This document shows, in pieces, positions 1 through 12,510 of a DNA stretch of 64,000 bases (positions are counted from its first letter, which is position 1; every line of letters begins with the position of its first letter). Both the position numbers and the translations under genes were made by a program. The DNA is from Camelus ferus. Lineage: Eukaryota. The notes beneath the pieces are model-generated. The model ran no database searches and was not told the DNA's origin. It worked only from the letters and a program-made list of their open reading frames with translations. Location of the stretch: positions 51,648,001 to 51,712,000 of the forward strand of contig NC_045707.1 of NCBI RefSeq assembly GCF_009834535.1, read 5' to 3'.

Positions 1-830
1 AGTCTATTTCCAAACTCTCTATTCTGTTTCTTTTATCTATTTGTCTATCTTTGTGCTAGTGACACGCTATCTTGATTGTTGTAGCTTTATAATAAGTCTT
101 GGAATTGGAGAGTGTTTATTCTCTAAATTATTGCTCTTTTTCAAAGTTATTTTGGTGATTCTAGGTCCTTTGAATATCTGCATGAGTTTAAGATTTAGTT
201 TGTCATTTTTTACACACATATACACACATACACAAAGTCTACTGGGTTTTGATAAGGATTACATTTAACGTATAGATCAATTTCAGGAGAATTGTCACTT
301 TAAAGATACTGTCTTCTCACCATGAATATGGTGAATCTCCAGTTTATCTAATTCATAAATTTCTCTTAGCCATATTTTTATAGTTTTCACTTACAGGTAT
401 GACAGATCTTTGGCCTGATTTATCCCTAAATATTTCATATTTTGATACTACCATATATCATATTATATGTTAATTTCAATTTCCAATTATTCATTACTAA
501 AATATAAAACTAAAACAAAGCAATTTTTAACATTAATCTTGTATCATTAAAAGTTGCTAAACCCAGTAGTTTTAATGGCTGTTCATTGCTTACATGAGAT
601 TTCTGCAAGGCAAATCATTTCATTTGTAAGGGCAATTTCACTTCTTTCTGTCCAAACTGGATACTTTTTATTTCTCTTTCTTACATGTCTGCACTGGGTA
701 TAACATCCAGTAATATGTTAGATAGAAGTTTTGAGAACAGACATCCTTGTCTTGTTGCTGATCTTAGGGTAAACCAATCTTTCATCATTAAATATAATAT
801 TAGTAGTAGTTTTTTCATGAATACTCTTTC
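1..830 (-). mobile_element. Old L1 (L1M-type) ORF2 fragment
   Basis: Antisense L1 ORF2-like text (ttgtagctttataataagtcttgg...ctctttttcaaagttattttgg...agacatccttgtcttgttgctgatcttaggg); highly decayed. Confidence 0.8.
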
Positions 831-996
831 TGCTTTAACTAGATAGAGCAATTTCTGTTACCTATAGTGGAATTCTGACTGATACAGATATTATTTAAAG
901 AAAACAGGTACATTGTATGTGAAATTAAAAGTATTTCTCATCACATCAGTGTATAGGTAAATCCATCCTCTCTCCCACTCTGTTATGTAAGATCTT

Positions 997-1379
997 TGTA
1001 TTAGTATGCTAGGGTTGCCAAAACAAGATACTGTAAGACTGGACTGGATAACTTAAACAACAGAAATTTATTTCTCACATTTCTGGAGGCTTGAAGTCCA
1101 AGATCAAGGTGTTGACAAGTTTAGTTTATCTTGATGCATTTTCCTTGGCTTGAAGGTGGCTGTCTTCTTACCTTGTCCTCATGACATTTTCTGTGTGTGT
1201 GCACGTCTCTGCTGTCTCTTCTTCACCTTACAAGAACATCATTAATATTGGACTAGGGTCCCACCCTTATGACCTCATTCAGCATTTACTTCTTTAAAGG
1301 CACTATCTCCAAATATAGTCACATTGGAGCTCAGGGTCATAAATCTGGGGAAAGAGGGGATATAATTAAATCCATAATA
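997..1379 (-). mobile_element. MaLR solo LTR (MLT1A/B-like)
   Basis: tgtattagt start; ttaaacaacagaaatttatttctcac...tctggaggct..gaagtccaagatcaaggtg; cccacccttatgacctcatt; ctatctccaaatatagtcacatt. Confidence 0.85.
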
Positions 1380-1649
1380 ATCATGCTAGTAATTTCTAGT
1401 TACGTGTCTTAGTGGAGTTATTTTTATTGAAATTTAGCTAGCTCACATAGTCCAACAATTTTAAAAATATTTATATAAGATAGTTTTATAGCGCTTTAAC
1501 TTTGTATATTGCTGTATCATCTATCTTTATCTTGGCAAATAACTTGAAGGGAATAACTCCAAGTTTTGTACCTTAGAAGTGATAAAGTTGTCAATGGTAT
1601 AGGCTTTGCAGTTAACATATCAGAATTTTATTCTTGGTGCCACCATATA

Positions 1650-1860
1650 AAGGCACAAGCTCTGGTATCAGAAAGAATGGGGTTTGAATCTTGGCTCTAC
1701 TATTTAGAAGCTCTAGTTCTCATTCAAGTTGCTTTAACTTGCTCAGCCTTATTATCTTAATATATAAAACAGGAAGAGAGCTTGTGAATATTAAATACAT
1801 GTAGATGTAACCAATTTATGAAGTGTGCCTGCAACATAGTTAATGCCAAACACACACTGT
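1650..1860 (+). mobile_element. MIR SINE
   Basis: gggtttgaatcttggctct...caagttgctttaactt..ctcag core-like; gtgcctgcaacatagt tail. Confidence 0.65.
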
Positions 1861-1959
1861 TGTTTTTATTTCAATTTCTTCTCTTCTTCTTTTCCTGAAT
1901 TATAGGGGACAACATTATCCACCTATGCTAGATCAGCATCAGCATTGTTGATTCTCACT

Positions 1960-2300
1960 AAGGCTTGGAATTGCTTTCCTGAGAATCTCTTTGGGCTGTG
2001 GTTCCAAGTTGGATTTTGCCAGGGAGAACTCATTTAAGATGAAGAAATGTGTACGAGTCAGACACAGTGGCTTTATTTGATGAGGTGGTTAGAACAGAAA
2101 AGGCACCTTTACAAATCTTTCCTTGAGCTTTCACTTGTGATCCTACTTCTGAGAGTTAAATTTCCCATCTGTGCTCTTGTTTGAGGTTGAAGAGGTTAGT
2201 GACTGTCCTATTTCCTAATCACAGCCTTCCTGACCTTCATCATGAAGCCTTTCCATTGTTAAGTCTTAGTCATTACATTAACGCCCCAGTTTACCTGTAA
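1960..2300 (+). mobile_element. ERVL-type LTR fragment (LTR41-like)
   Basis: cttggaattgctttcctgagaatctc...tgtggttccaagttgg resembles the LTR41-type 5' portion; similar to 23540-24045. Confidence 0.4.
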
Positions 2301-2529
2301 TATGTACAGAAGATATGCAGGAACTCAAATTGATAAGCTAGGAAAGGATCATAGGGGTTATTAAATAAATTACAATCCATCTTAAAAGATACTTAGCACA
2401 GTGCCTGACACATAGGACATTCTCAATAAATTAATTCCTTTCCTCTTTCTATACTATATTTCATGACTATAGAAGAATATATTAATTGTACATTATATAG
2501 CAACATATTACATTCTATAATTATTCTTT

Positions 2530-2685
2530 AATGTATTTACTGTTATAAACCCTATTTTATAGACTAGATACCTGAATTTTAGTAAGTTAACTTGTCCAAT
2601 AGCACACAAGAGAAAAGTGTTAGAGCTGGGCTTTAAACCCATATCTGGCTAATCCTAAGCCCTGTATACTTTCCATAAACCCATT
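2530..2685 (-). mobile_element. MIR SINE
   Basis: cctattttataga...taagttaacttgtccaa...agagctgggctttaaaccca. Confidence 0.65.
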
Positions 2686-3048
2686 TTGTCTGCACAGATA
2701 AAACTTAATGAAAGACTCATGCCTTCGCAGAATATGATTTCTGCTTCAGATGCCGGATACATATCAGCTTCTCACTATTCTTAAGAAATAATAGGGGGAA
2801 AGATCCAGTCATGAGCTAGAAAGCCCCACATATAAATAAAGTCTTAATATTTAGGAAAAAAGACAAGAAATGGTAATCCTTATATTGATAACAGTTAGTT
2901 TCTAAATGCCTGATATAACAAACTTTATTAGACTATAGATTATTTGAGTATTTATTCTAGCTTTATTTTGAATATGTATATAAGATTTTCCCACCATGAG
3001 AGATCTTTTAGTCAAAGTAATGAGAGATGATATAATAGTTACACTCCA

Positions 3049-3917
3049 GGCCAAGGCACAAGATAAAATCCCCGAAGAAGAAATAAGTGATGAGGAGATA
3101 GGCAATTTATCTGAGAAAAGTTTAGAATAATGATGGTGAAGATGTTCAGAAAACTCAAGAGGAGTATAGATGCACAGAGCAAAGTTTTCAGTGAAGAGTT
3201 GGAAAGTATAAAGAATACCCAAACAGAGTTGAAGAATAAAATTACTGAAATGATTAACACACTAGAAGGAACCAAGAAGAGACTAAATGAGGCAGAAGAA
3301 TGGATCAGTGAGTTAGAAGACAGATTAGTAGAAGTCAGTAGTGCAGAACAGAAAAAAAAAAAAAAAAGAATGAAAAGAAATGAGGATGGTTTAAGAGAAC
3401 TCTAGGACAACATGAAATGCACTAATATTTGCAGTATAGGGATCCCAGAAAGAGAAGAGAGAGAGAGAAAACCTGAGAAAATTTTTGAAGTGGTAGTAAT
3501 CGAAAACTTCCCCAACTTGGGAAGGGAAACAGTCACCCAAGTCCAGGAAGCACAGAGAGTTCCACACAGGATCAACCCAAAAAGGAACACACCAAGGCAC
3601 ATAGTAATCAAATTGACAAAAATTAAGGATAAGGAGAAAATATTAAAATTAACAACAGAAAAGTAAGAAATAACATATAAGGGAACTCTATAATGTTACC
3701 AGCTGATTTTTCAGCAGAAACTCTACAGGCCAGAAGGCAGTGGCACAATATATTTAAAGTGATGAAAGGGAAAAACTTACAACCAGGAATACTCTATCCA
3801 ACAAGGCTCTCATTCATATTTGATGGAGAAATCAAAAGCTTCACAGACAAATAAAAGCTAAAAGAATTCAGCACTACCAAACCAGCTTTACAACAAATGT
3901 TAAAGGAACTTCTCTAG
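3049..3917 (+). pseudogene. L1 ORF1p fragment (5'-truncated, premature stops)
   Basis: ORFs 3130-3405 and 3412-3666 share a frame, split by TAG. Motifs EAEEWISELED, IGIPE, ENFPNL, QEAQRVP, PKRNTPRHIVIKL; C-terminus ..TKPALQQMLKELL* ends at 3917. Confidence 0.95.
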
Positions 3918-5263
3918 TCATCACATAAGAAAAGAGAATAAAAAGTAGAAAAGGAAAAAAAAGACCTTCAAAAGATTGCTTTGGCAATTCAGGGTCTTTT
4001 ATGTTTCCATATAAATTCTGGAATTGTTTGTTCTAGTTCTGTGAAAAATGTCATGAGTATTTTGACAGGGGTTACACTGGATCCGTAGATTGCCTTGGGT
4101 ATAATGGCCATTTTGATAAAGTTGATTCTTCCAATCTAAGAGCACAAGATATCTTTCCATTTCTTTGTATCATCTTCGATTTCCTTCATCAATGTTTTGC
4201 AGTTTTGAGAGTATAAGAAACCTACTTGGTTAAGTTTATTTCTAGATATTTTGTTGTTTTTGATGTGATGGAAATGTTTATGCCAGTTATAAAATTCTGG
4301 CTTTTGAAATGAAAAAAAAAAAAAGTGAATGAAGGGCCACAAATGGCAAAACATCCTTCTTTTTTATGGTGGGTTGTATTCCATTGCATGTATATGCTAC
4401 GTCTTCTTTATCCATTCATCTGTTGATGTGCACTTGGGATGGATACTTCCATATCTTGGCAATTATAAATAATGTTGCTATTAACAGCAGGGTGTATGTA
4501 TCTTTTTGAATTAATGTTTTTCTTTTTCTCAGATGTATGCCTAGGAGTGGAGTGGCTGGGCCATGTGGTGGTTTTGTTTTCAGGTTTTTGAGATACCCCC
4601 ATACTGTTTTCCATGGTGGCTGAACCAATTTGCATTCCCACCAACAGTGTGTGCAAGGGTTCCCTTTTCTCCACACCCTTGCCAACATTTGTTATTTGTG
4701 TTCTTTTTGATATGGCCATTCTGACAGGTGTGAGATGATGTCTCATTGTGATTCTGACTTGCATTTCCCTGATATTAGTGATGTTGGGTAGCTTTTCATG
4801 TTCCTGTTGACCATCTGTGTTTCCTCTTTTGAAGAAATACCTGTTCAGTTCTTCTGCCCATATTTTAAATTGGTTGGTTGGTTGCTTTTTAATTGAAGTA
4901 CAGTAATTGATTTAAAATGTTGTACTAGTTTCTGTTGTACAGCATGAATGGACTTGGAGGTCATTATGCTAAGTGAAATGAGTCAGACAGAGAAAGAGAA
5001 ATACTGTAAGATATCACTTATATGTGGAATCTAAAAAACACAACAAACTAGTGAATATAACAGAAAAGAAACAGACTTACAGATGTGGAGAAGGAACTAG
5101 TGGTTACCAGTGGGGAGAGGGAATGGGGAGGGGCGAGATGGAGGTAGAGGATTAAGAGATACAAACTATCAGGTTTAAAATAAGCTACAAGGATGTATTG
5201 TACAATATGGGGAATATAGCCAATATTTTATAGTAACTATAGATGGAGTATAACATCTAAAAA
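3049..5263. mobile_element. Rearranged L1 insertion (ORF1 +, ORF2 -, ORF2 C-terminus -, 3' terminus -, ORF2 end/3'UTR +) flanked by 26-bp TSD
   Basis: agagatgatataatagttacactcca (3023-3048) vs agagatgctataatagttacactcca (5264-5289), 25/26 identical. Minus ORFs give L1 ORF2 motifs (LMKEIEDDTKKWKDILCS; HLTPVRMA; CWWECKLVQPPWKTVW). Confidence 0.9.
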
Positions 5264-5289
5264 AGAGATGCTATAATAGTTACACTCCA

Positions 5290-5670
5290 AATTATCAGAG
5301 GCTAAGCACAATTGAAGTTTATTTTCAATCATGTAAGTTCAAACAGGTAGATCTGATAGGTAGACAGTCTTCTTTTAAGATGTGATGTAGAGACCCAAGT
5401 TCTTTCACCTTGTGCTCTTTCAATATTAAAAATGTGGATTCCAGTTTTGCCTTACTCTTCTGCTTGAAGACAGCAGAATGGTAAAAGCCTAGAGGATCAT
5501 GGTGAGAGAGTTTTAAGAGACTGCCCTGAATGGGCTGTGTATTATTTCTACTCTGTAAACTAGAAAGCAGCTACACTGCTAAACCCGCCTGCTAAGGATG
5601 CTGAAAAATGCAATACATTTTATGAACAGAGAGAGGGAATAGAACTGAAAATCAGAAAGGAGACTGCCAC
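5290..5670 (-). mobile_element. MaLR LTR (MLT1J/K-like); its other end lies at about 3008-3048, split by the L1
   Basis: aaattatcagaggctaagcacaattgaagtttattttc...gagacccaagttctttcaccttgtg; continues the left-flank tagtcaaagtaatg. Confidence 0.55.
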
Positions 5671-8169
5671 AAAGGGCAATATCATTTTCCTGGAATCAAA
5701 AGTATTTAAATCTAGAAACTTAAGAGGCAATGATAGCTTCAAATAAATAGTCATGTATAGGAGCTTAGATTGGTTCCTGCATTATAAGTATGAATAAAGT
5801 TAAAGAGTGAAGTTTATTGAAAGGTCATAGAAATGGTACTGAAAACAGTGTTTCTAGTTATAATGATAAAATTTAATAATTATTATAGAGATGAGATTAA
5901 AAATGACAGGTATCCAACTATTTCCTAATACCTTTATTAATTTCTAATTATTCCTCTCAAGAACTCATGAGATAGGTTCTAATGACTTCAGTGTTCAGTC
6001 AAAGAAACTGAGATTTACACCAATTATTAGTTCAAAGTTACATAGCAACATGGTCGACACAGTTAGATATTTGGACTCCAGTATCATGTTCTGTAATCCC
6101 TTTTATAGCTTAGCACTCTAAAATAATTCAAGTATTTTTGTCTCCCCTAACCTTTTCAAATATCACACCCAATAAAATCAGGAGAGTTTATTTCCTGTTG
6201 GCATCATATACTGGAAACAAGAAGCCTTGTGTGTTTTTATTATAGTAGCTTAAAGAAGCAAAGCATAGAACTAGGTACTTTCTCAGCTTCCTGCTATCCC
6301 CCCGCGTGTATAGTTTCAAAACATACTTTAAAAAGTGTGAAGTAGCTGCATGCAACTCCATTAATTTCTTTAGCAGGAAACCAGTGCTTACAATGAATTT
6401 TTTCATGAAAATGCTGAGGATGAAGGTGTGTAATAGAGGAAGTGATGATGCGTCCCTGATGGAAAATTATTCCTTGTTGTTATCTGATCACGCAAGCAGT
6501 TGTTGGCTGAAGAGCTATGCTACCTGCTCCTTTGTCAAAGCTGTCAACAAGACTGCATTCTTCGTTTGGCTCAGCTCTCCCAGGCCAGATTCTGCTTAAT
6601 GAATATTTTCAGGCGTTGTTGTCACTTTTCAATAAGCTTCAGAGAAGCATAGCATCATGGCTCATATTTGCATTGTATGCTCCAACTCCTCTATTTGCGT
6701 GCAATGTTTGGCTTCTTTTCCAGAGTTGGAAAGATGTGAGTTCACTTTGCAAAAGGAATTGCATTTTCTTAGAATCACCTCTCATGCCGGGATATACAGA
6801 ATTGGATACTGCCACTCTCAGTTTGCAAAAATTCTATTACTAAATCAACGTGATTGATAATGTTCCTTTTATTTTTTCCTTCAAATCAGCATTGTTTTTC
6901 TGCTTAACATATTGCAAGTAAAACTCAGAAACTCAAGTCAATCCACAGGTTATTTAAATAATGCTTTGAAAATAATCATTTATTTTTTATAGCAAGGTAG
7001 CTAATTGGAATCAAACCAGTGAGTTTTATATACAAATTTTCTGAAAGGGTGCAGGGTTCTTATATAAATGAAGTGTTATTTGTTATTTGTCTTTAAAGTT
7101 AAGACGTACAAATTGGTAGACTGATTTCTTTTTCATCCTTTATCATAAGACGCTTGTGAAGATAAACCTCAGGAGTGAATTTACTTGAGAGAATCTCTTA
7201 TCTTTTTCTTCAACATAGAATGCCCATTAAAAAATCAATTTGGAGATTTTAAGGCAACAGTATCAACACTCTCCCTAGGGACTATGAGGCCTGGTGTGAC
7301 ATTGCAAAGAATAGAAGATAACATAAAGAATTAGCTTTTATCAACTAAGGCATTTGATTGTCAGCATAAATATAAATTAAGCTAATTACATAAAATAAAA
7401 TGAGACATTATCCTTCGAATTACCTCAAGAAAAAAATATTGATTAATAACAATATAGTGCCATACAAAATATTTTGAAATGAAATCTAGAATACATTCAA
7501 ATGGTGTGCTCATCAACACTGTAAAATTCCATTTTCTGTGAAATGTAATGCAAATGACAGTGAAAATTACAATCATATTATATGCAATTGTACCATTAAT
7601 TTTTCAAGTATGTTTCTTTCTGAGTAAGTATTGTGAAAGTTCTCCCTTTACAACTCCTATGCAGAAGTAGTTACTACAACAGTACAATGTGTATGTATTG
7701 GTTTGGAATGTTGTAGGACAATTCAGTTGGGATTTGTTTAAATTCTATATTTTAATTAACATAAAATATGATTAGAATCTCTATATTAAAGTTTGATAAT
7801 AGCTTGAGTATTGGATATTACAGAATTAGTAATAATTTTCTTAGATGGAATAAAAAGCTTATCTTAGAGAATGTCCTTAATCTTTATAGACACATGGTTA
7901 AGTATTGAAAACTTCAGTGTTATGATATCTGAAACACTTGGAAGTTGTTCCAGTAAAATTTAGATAGATGGTAGATAGAAAAATAGATGAATGTAGCAAG
8001 TATGCTACTCAAATACGAGTATTTATTCACATTAAAGTACCAGCTACGGAGATCAGTCACTGCTGGATTGTTTATTTCAAGTATTTAACTTAAAAAAGCA
8101 CTATGTGCAAAGCACTGTGATGGGCTTGGGTGGGTTTGTGCTGATGAGATACATATCACATTAGCAAAA

Positions 8170-9790
8170 CAGTAAGCACTTGAGGTCTTTGCAGTGAGAT
8201 CTGGGTATCAGTATTGGCTCAGCCTTTTACTGTCTGCATCACAATGGAAAATCTTTCTTCCCAGTTTTATTGAGAAATGATTGGCATACATCCCTGTGTA
8301 AGTTGAAGGAATACAGCAGGATGGTTTGAATTACATATATTGAGGGTGGGGGTGGAGGAGTGTGCCACAGGCTGAGAACCTTTGGATAGAACTTGGTTCC
8401 TTACCCAGGCGAGGTGGTAGGATGGCCTCTGCAGTTGCCTGGTTTTCTGGTCAGGCTGACTAGATGGCTGGGCCTGGACACTGTATTCAGTAGTGGACAG
8501 GGCTATAAAGTCACTTATCTGCTCCGGCAGGACCTGCACAGCTCTTTATTTGGGGATCTGAGTCAGGCCCAAGTGTTACTGAATTCCCTCATCAAATGAG
8601 GCCTCCAGTTTTGCTCTGAGGATGGAGGAAGCCGTGAGCTGTGCCCTCAATTCAAGTGCCACTGTGAGCAGGGCTGTTGCATGGGTGCACAGCCTCCCGC
8701 GTGCTCCGGTTAGGTTCTCTGGTAGAAGAGGCTGAGGCCGGTACTCAGTGAATGGGGCTACAAACTAGATTCCTTGCTCAGGTGCAGTGGGAGAAGCAGC
8801 TTTAAAGCCAGGAAAGCTCTTTTTTTTTTAACTCAAGTCGACCCATACTCCAAGTTCCCCGACTGAGCAGGGCCACTGGCTTTGCTCCAACTGTCCACTC
8901 CGCCCGCCCACTTCTTGTCTTGAGTGCTGCTGGGCTGCGCAGTTTGCAGTGGTTGTCTCCAGCCCATGTGCTCAGATGGGGCCAGAAGACACTCTTTATA
9001 GCAGGCGGTGCTGTGATTCAGTTCCTTGCCTGGGGACGGGCCAACTGGACTCTAGGGGCAGCAAACTCCTCCTTTGAGGATCCAGCTGAGGCAGATCTGC
9101 CCCCCTCTGAGTTCCCTCGTCAGAGTGCACCCCCAAGTTAGTTCTGCAGGTGAGCAAAGCCAGTGGTTGGGATTGCTACTTGGGTACTGCAGATATAAAG
9201 TCAGTCTACCAAGATTCTTTGCTGGCTGTAGCAAGGCCCTCCCTCCTACTCTGTCGCAGTCAGATTCCCAGTAATTGAGCCCCACAGACTTCTCTGCAAT
9301 CCTCATGGTGCAAGATCAGAGGAGAGGGTCCCACAAAACAGCCCACAGTGCTGGCGGGTGCTCACTGTCCTCCTTCTATGTTCTCTTTTCCCACTGGAGG
9401 CATCGGAGGCTCAGGGGAGACCTCTCCATGTGTTGCTGCTCTGGCCTGGAGGAGGGACAATATGGTCAATGTGTAGCTGCTTCTCCCACCCTTCTAACGC
9501 AGTCTGTTTTGGTCTCTGTGGTATGGGGGTGGGGGTATGCTTCAGCCTCACCCCCATGACCTAGGATTCTCTCAGTGGTGTCTTATTCTTGAACAGTTGT
9601 TATTCTTCTTGTGAGGGAGCAAGTTAGAAACAGCCTATATTACCATCTTGGTAATGTCAGAATAGGAAAATCTCTTAATCTGTCTGTGCTTTAGTTTTCT
9701 CATGTCTTAAAAAAAAATATTGAGTTACTGATCCTTAGCTCTTATGATGATATGAGGACTCAGTAAAATAATTTATAGGAAGCACCTTGT
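8170..9790 (+). mobile_element. MIR SINE interrupted by the L1 at 8256-9660
   Basis: Left half ctgggtatcagtattggctcagccttttact; right half cttaatctgtctgtgctttagttttctcat. Confidence 0.65.
8256..9660 (-). mobile_element. Internally deleted L1: about 1.3 kb GC-rich 5'UTR joined to about 85 bp of L1MA-type 3' terminus
   Basis: Minus strand begins ctgacattaccaagatgg (L1 5' start-like) and ends ctcaataaaactgggaagaaa. Imperfect TSD aatggaaaatct (8243-8254) / aataggaaaatct (9661-9673). Confidence 0.75.
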
Positions 9791-10674
9791 ATTCTATTCC
9801 CTACTATCAAAGAGGCCATAATTTAGCTGGAGAGACTGAGAGAGAGAAATATAAACTGATAGCTACAGAGCAGCCAGAATTAAAGTAGAGGTGTAACACA
9901 TTAATTACTAGGCATGCAATGGGTGGAAATGGTTCTTCCTGTAGTTTATGGGTGTATGTCTTATTGGCATATGATGCCTCCAGTGCTTCTGAGAACTTGA
10001 AATCACACCAACAAGTCATCACTTTCACTGCCTCTGTTTTCAGTGGCTTCACACACCTGTGAGTATCATCTTGTTTCTCACTTATTCAGGAGTAAATTTT
10101 TTCAGATCATAGAATTTATATCACCCACTGAAATATAAAGACAGTAACACACCATGGGTGAGAAGATATAATTACTACAACTGCCTTTCTCTTCACCTTG
10201 CCCCTTGAAGTGTAAATTTTAATGAGATAAAGACTGGAAGTAGAAAGTTAGCTCTATGGGTTTTGTTTTTAATAGGAGGGAAGACTAAGCTAGTTTGAGC
10301 ACATCTACTCTTGAATTTGTATTGTTTGTGTAATAAAATTATGAACTATTTAAAGGTTGTGATAATGTTATCAGTGTCTTTCATTTCAGCCCACCCTATC
10401 TAATGCTGTACTTTATTCAGAATTAGATATATAATAGGAAGTTGCTGAATAATTACATCCAAATTATTTGGGATAGTTATTAACTTAGTAAGCATTTATT
10501 AAATCCCTCCTGTGTGAAAAAAAAAAACGAAACTGTGATAGACAGAAAGAAAAAGCCTTCTTTCCAGAAAACTCACAGTTTAATAAAGAAGATAAATCAC
10601 AGTAGCAAAGAGGAATCCCAGTAGAGAATACAGCCCAATAAATTCATGACACTCGAAATACACACATTTATTTA

Positions 10675-10978
10675 GAATATATTTTAGGTTTTATAGGCCA
10701 TACAGTTTCTGTTGCAACTATTTAACTCTGTCATTATAGTATGAAAGCAACCATAGAAAATACATAAACAAACACATGGGGCTATTAGTCTAATAAAACT
10801 TTACTTATGGATATAAAGTTTGAGTTTTATATAATTTTTCAAGTCACAAAATATGATTTTTTCCTTTGATATTTTTCCACAGACATTTAATAATGTAAAC
10901 ATTACTCTTAGCTTGCAGGCTGTAGGAAAGCAGGTGGTGGACCAGATAGGGCCCACGAGCATGGTTTGCTGATCTCTG
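10675..10978 (+). mobile_element. MER58B-like hAT-Charlie non-autonomous element
   Basis: aatattttaggttt..taggccatacagtttctgttgcaactatttaactctg...aataaaactttactta...tggtttgctgatctctg end. Confidence 0.85.
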
Positions 10979-12349
10979 ATAGATATAATTGCATCTTGTT
11001 AGGTAGTAACTGCCTTGTCTCTTTTTATGCTACGCTTAGAAGTGTACAGGGTTCAGTGCCAAAAGAAGATTGAGGTAAGGTATTCAAGAAATTCAAGGAA
11101 GACTTTATGAAGAGTGAAGATTTTGAACTGGCTCCAAGTTTACTACCAATGGGGAGCAATTAGCTTCATTCTCTTCCCTGACTGGAAGTTGCAAGCATAA
11201 ATCAGGACAGCCAACCAACAAGATGCATGCTATTTGGCATTCAAAAAAATACATGAAAAAAAAAAAAAAAAAGAAAATTCCCCAGGCTGTTATGTATGTT
11301 GTTATGTATGTATGCATTTGTTTTGCTCAGTCATTATCATTATCCTATTTCCACAGGGCTTTTTCTAGTCAGTCTTGGAAATATATGTTGAATTTCTTAG
11401 AGTATTCAACTGTGTTTCACAAGTTGAGCATTCTTTTTTGTTGTTGTTCCTCTTCCCCTGCTGCCCATCATTTTCATTTTGGAAATGACTGAAATTTTCA
11501 GTGGATCTAGTTTACAGTTCTTTGTTGCCTAAGGCATGTCTCTGGCTTTTAGTCATTGTGACCCCAATTTGAAGTTTTTGCTGTCCTTAAATCTGACCCC
11601 TTCTTGCCTTGCCCTCAAGCCTTGGCCCCACACAAAAGTCAGAATGAGCCTTTTATCACACCTAGGCTGTAGCCTCCTTTCAGCAAGCACCATGGCAGTG
11701 CCTTTGGAAATTATTTCCTAGGGTCTGTTTATACAAAATTCTGCAAGATGTAATACATTGGTTCAGTAATTGGAATATGCCTGTAGTCACTATATTTAAA
11801 TAGTTAAATATTTAAAATCTTGAAATGTGTGACTCTTACTTGTTAACCTGTGATTTTGTTCTCTTGAGTGTTTTGTGGCTACAGCCACATTCTTTTCATA
11901 AGCAATGTCCTTTCTCCATTAGGATTCCTCTCTCTCACTGGGTTTAAAGATGATTTATTTTCACTCCCACTGTTAGTCTGGCTTCCCTGACTTCTCCATT
12001 CTTTTGTTGTCTCTTTGAGCTTGTCTCTTGGTGTTATGGGTATTTTGTATAGTTCATGCTCTGTATAGGTATTATCTCCAGCTGAATCCTTTTGTCTCCT
12101 TCAGATGTCAAATAGCCAGCCTGATAATTGTCTAAAATAATCCGTGTTTTTCAGTTGATACATCCCAGTATAGAATTAAAATGTGATTTCTTCTCAAAAT
12201 TATTTTTCTTTTATCTCTCCAACTAGAAAATTTATGCTAGAGAAATCTCAAATTTATCAGCTACTTTTCACCCCCAAGTAAGGAGGATATTCAACAATAT
12301 ATATCCAAATGCTTCTTTTTACGTAAATAACAATTATATATCTTGCCAT

Positions 12350-12510
12350 CAGATGTGGAATTAGACTTGAATTCAAATTTTTGACTTTTGTTTCTATCAT
12401 TTAATCAAGTCATTTCACTTTGCTGAGTTTCTGTTTTCTTATCTGAATTTGGGAATCACAAGAATAGTAAGACCTATTAGTCTATAGTAAGACTCTAGGG
12501 TAATTGTGTT
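12350..12510 (+). mobile_element. MIR SINE
   Basis: caagtcatttcactttgctgagtttctgttttcttatctg core. Confidence 0.55.

Noticed and set aside
8343..9660. CpG-island promoter or coding exons of a host gene
   Set aside because: GC richness is explained by an L1 5'UTR; the ORFs overlap in several frames without coding character
11040..11080. 35-bp plus-strand micro-exon (ag|...gag|gtaagg)
   Set aside because: Splice-like pairs of this quality are expected by chance in 64 kb; no supporting context
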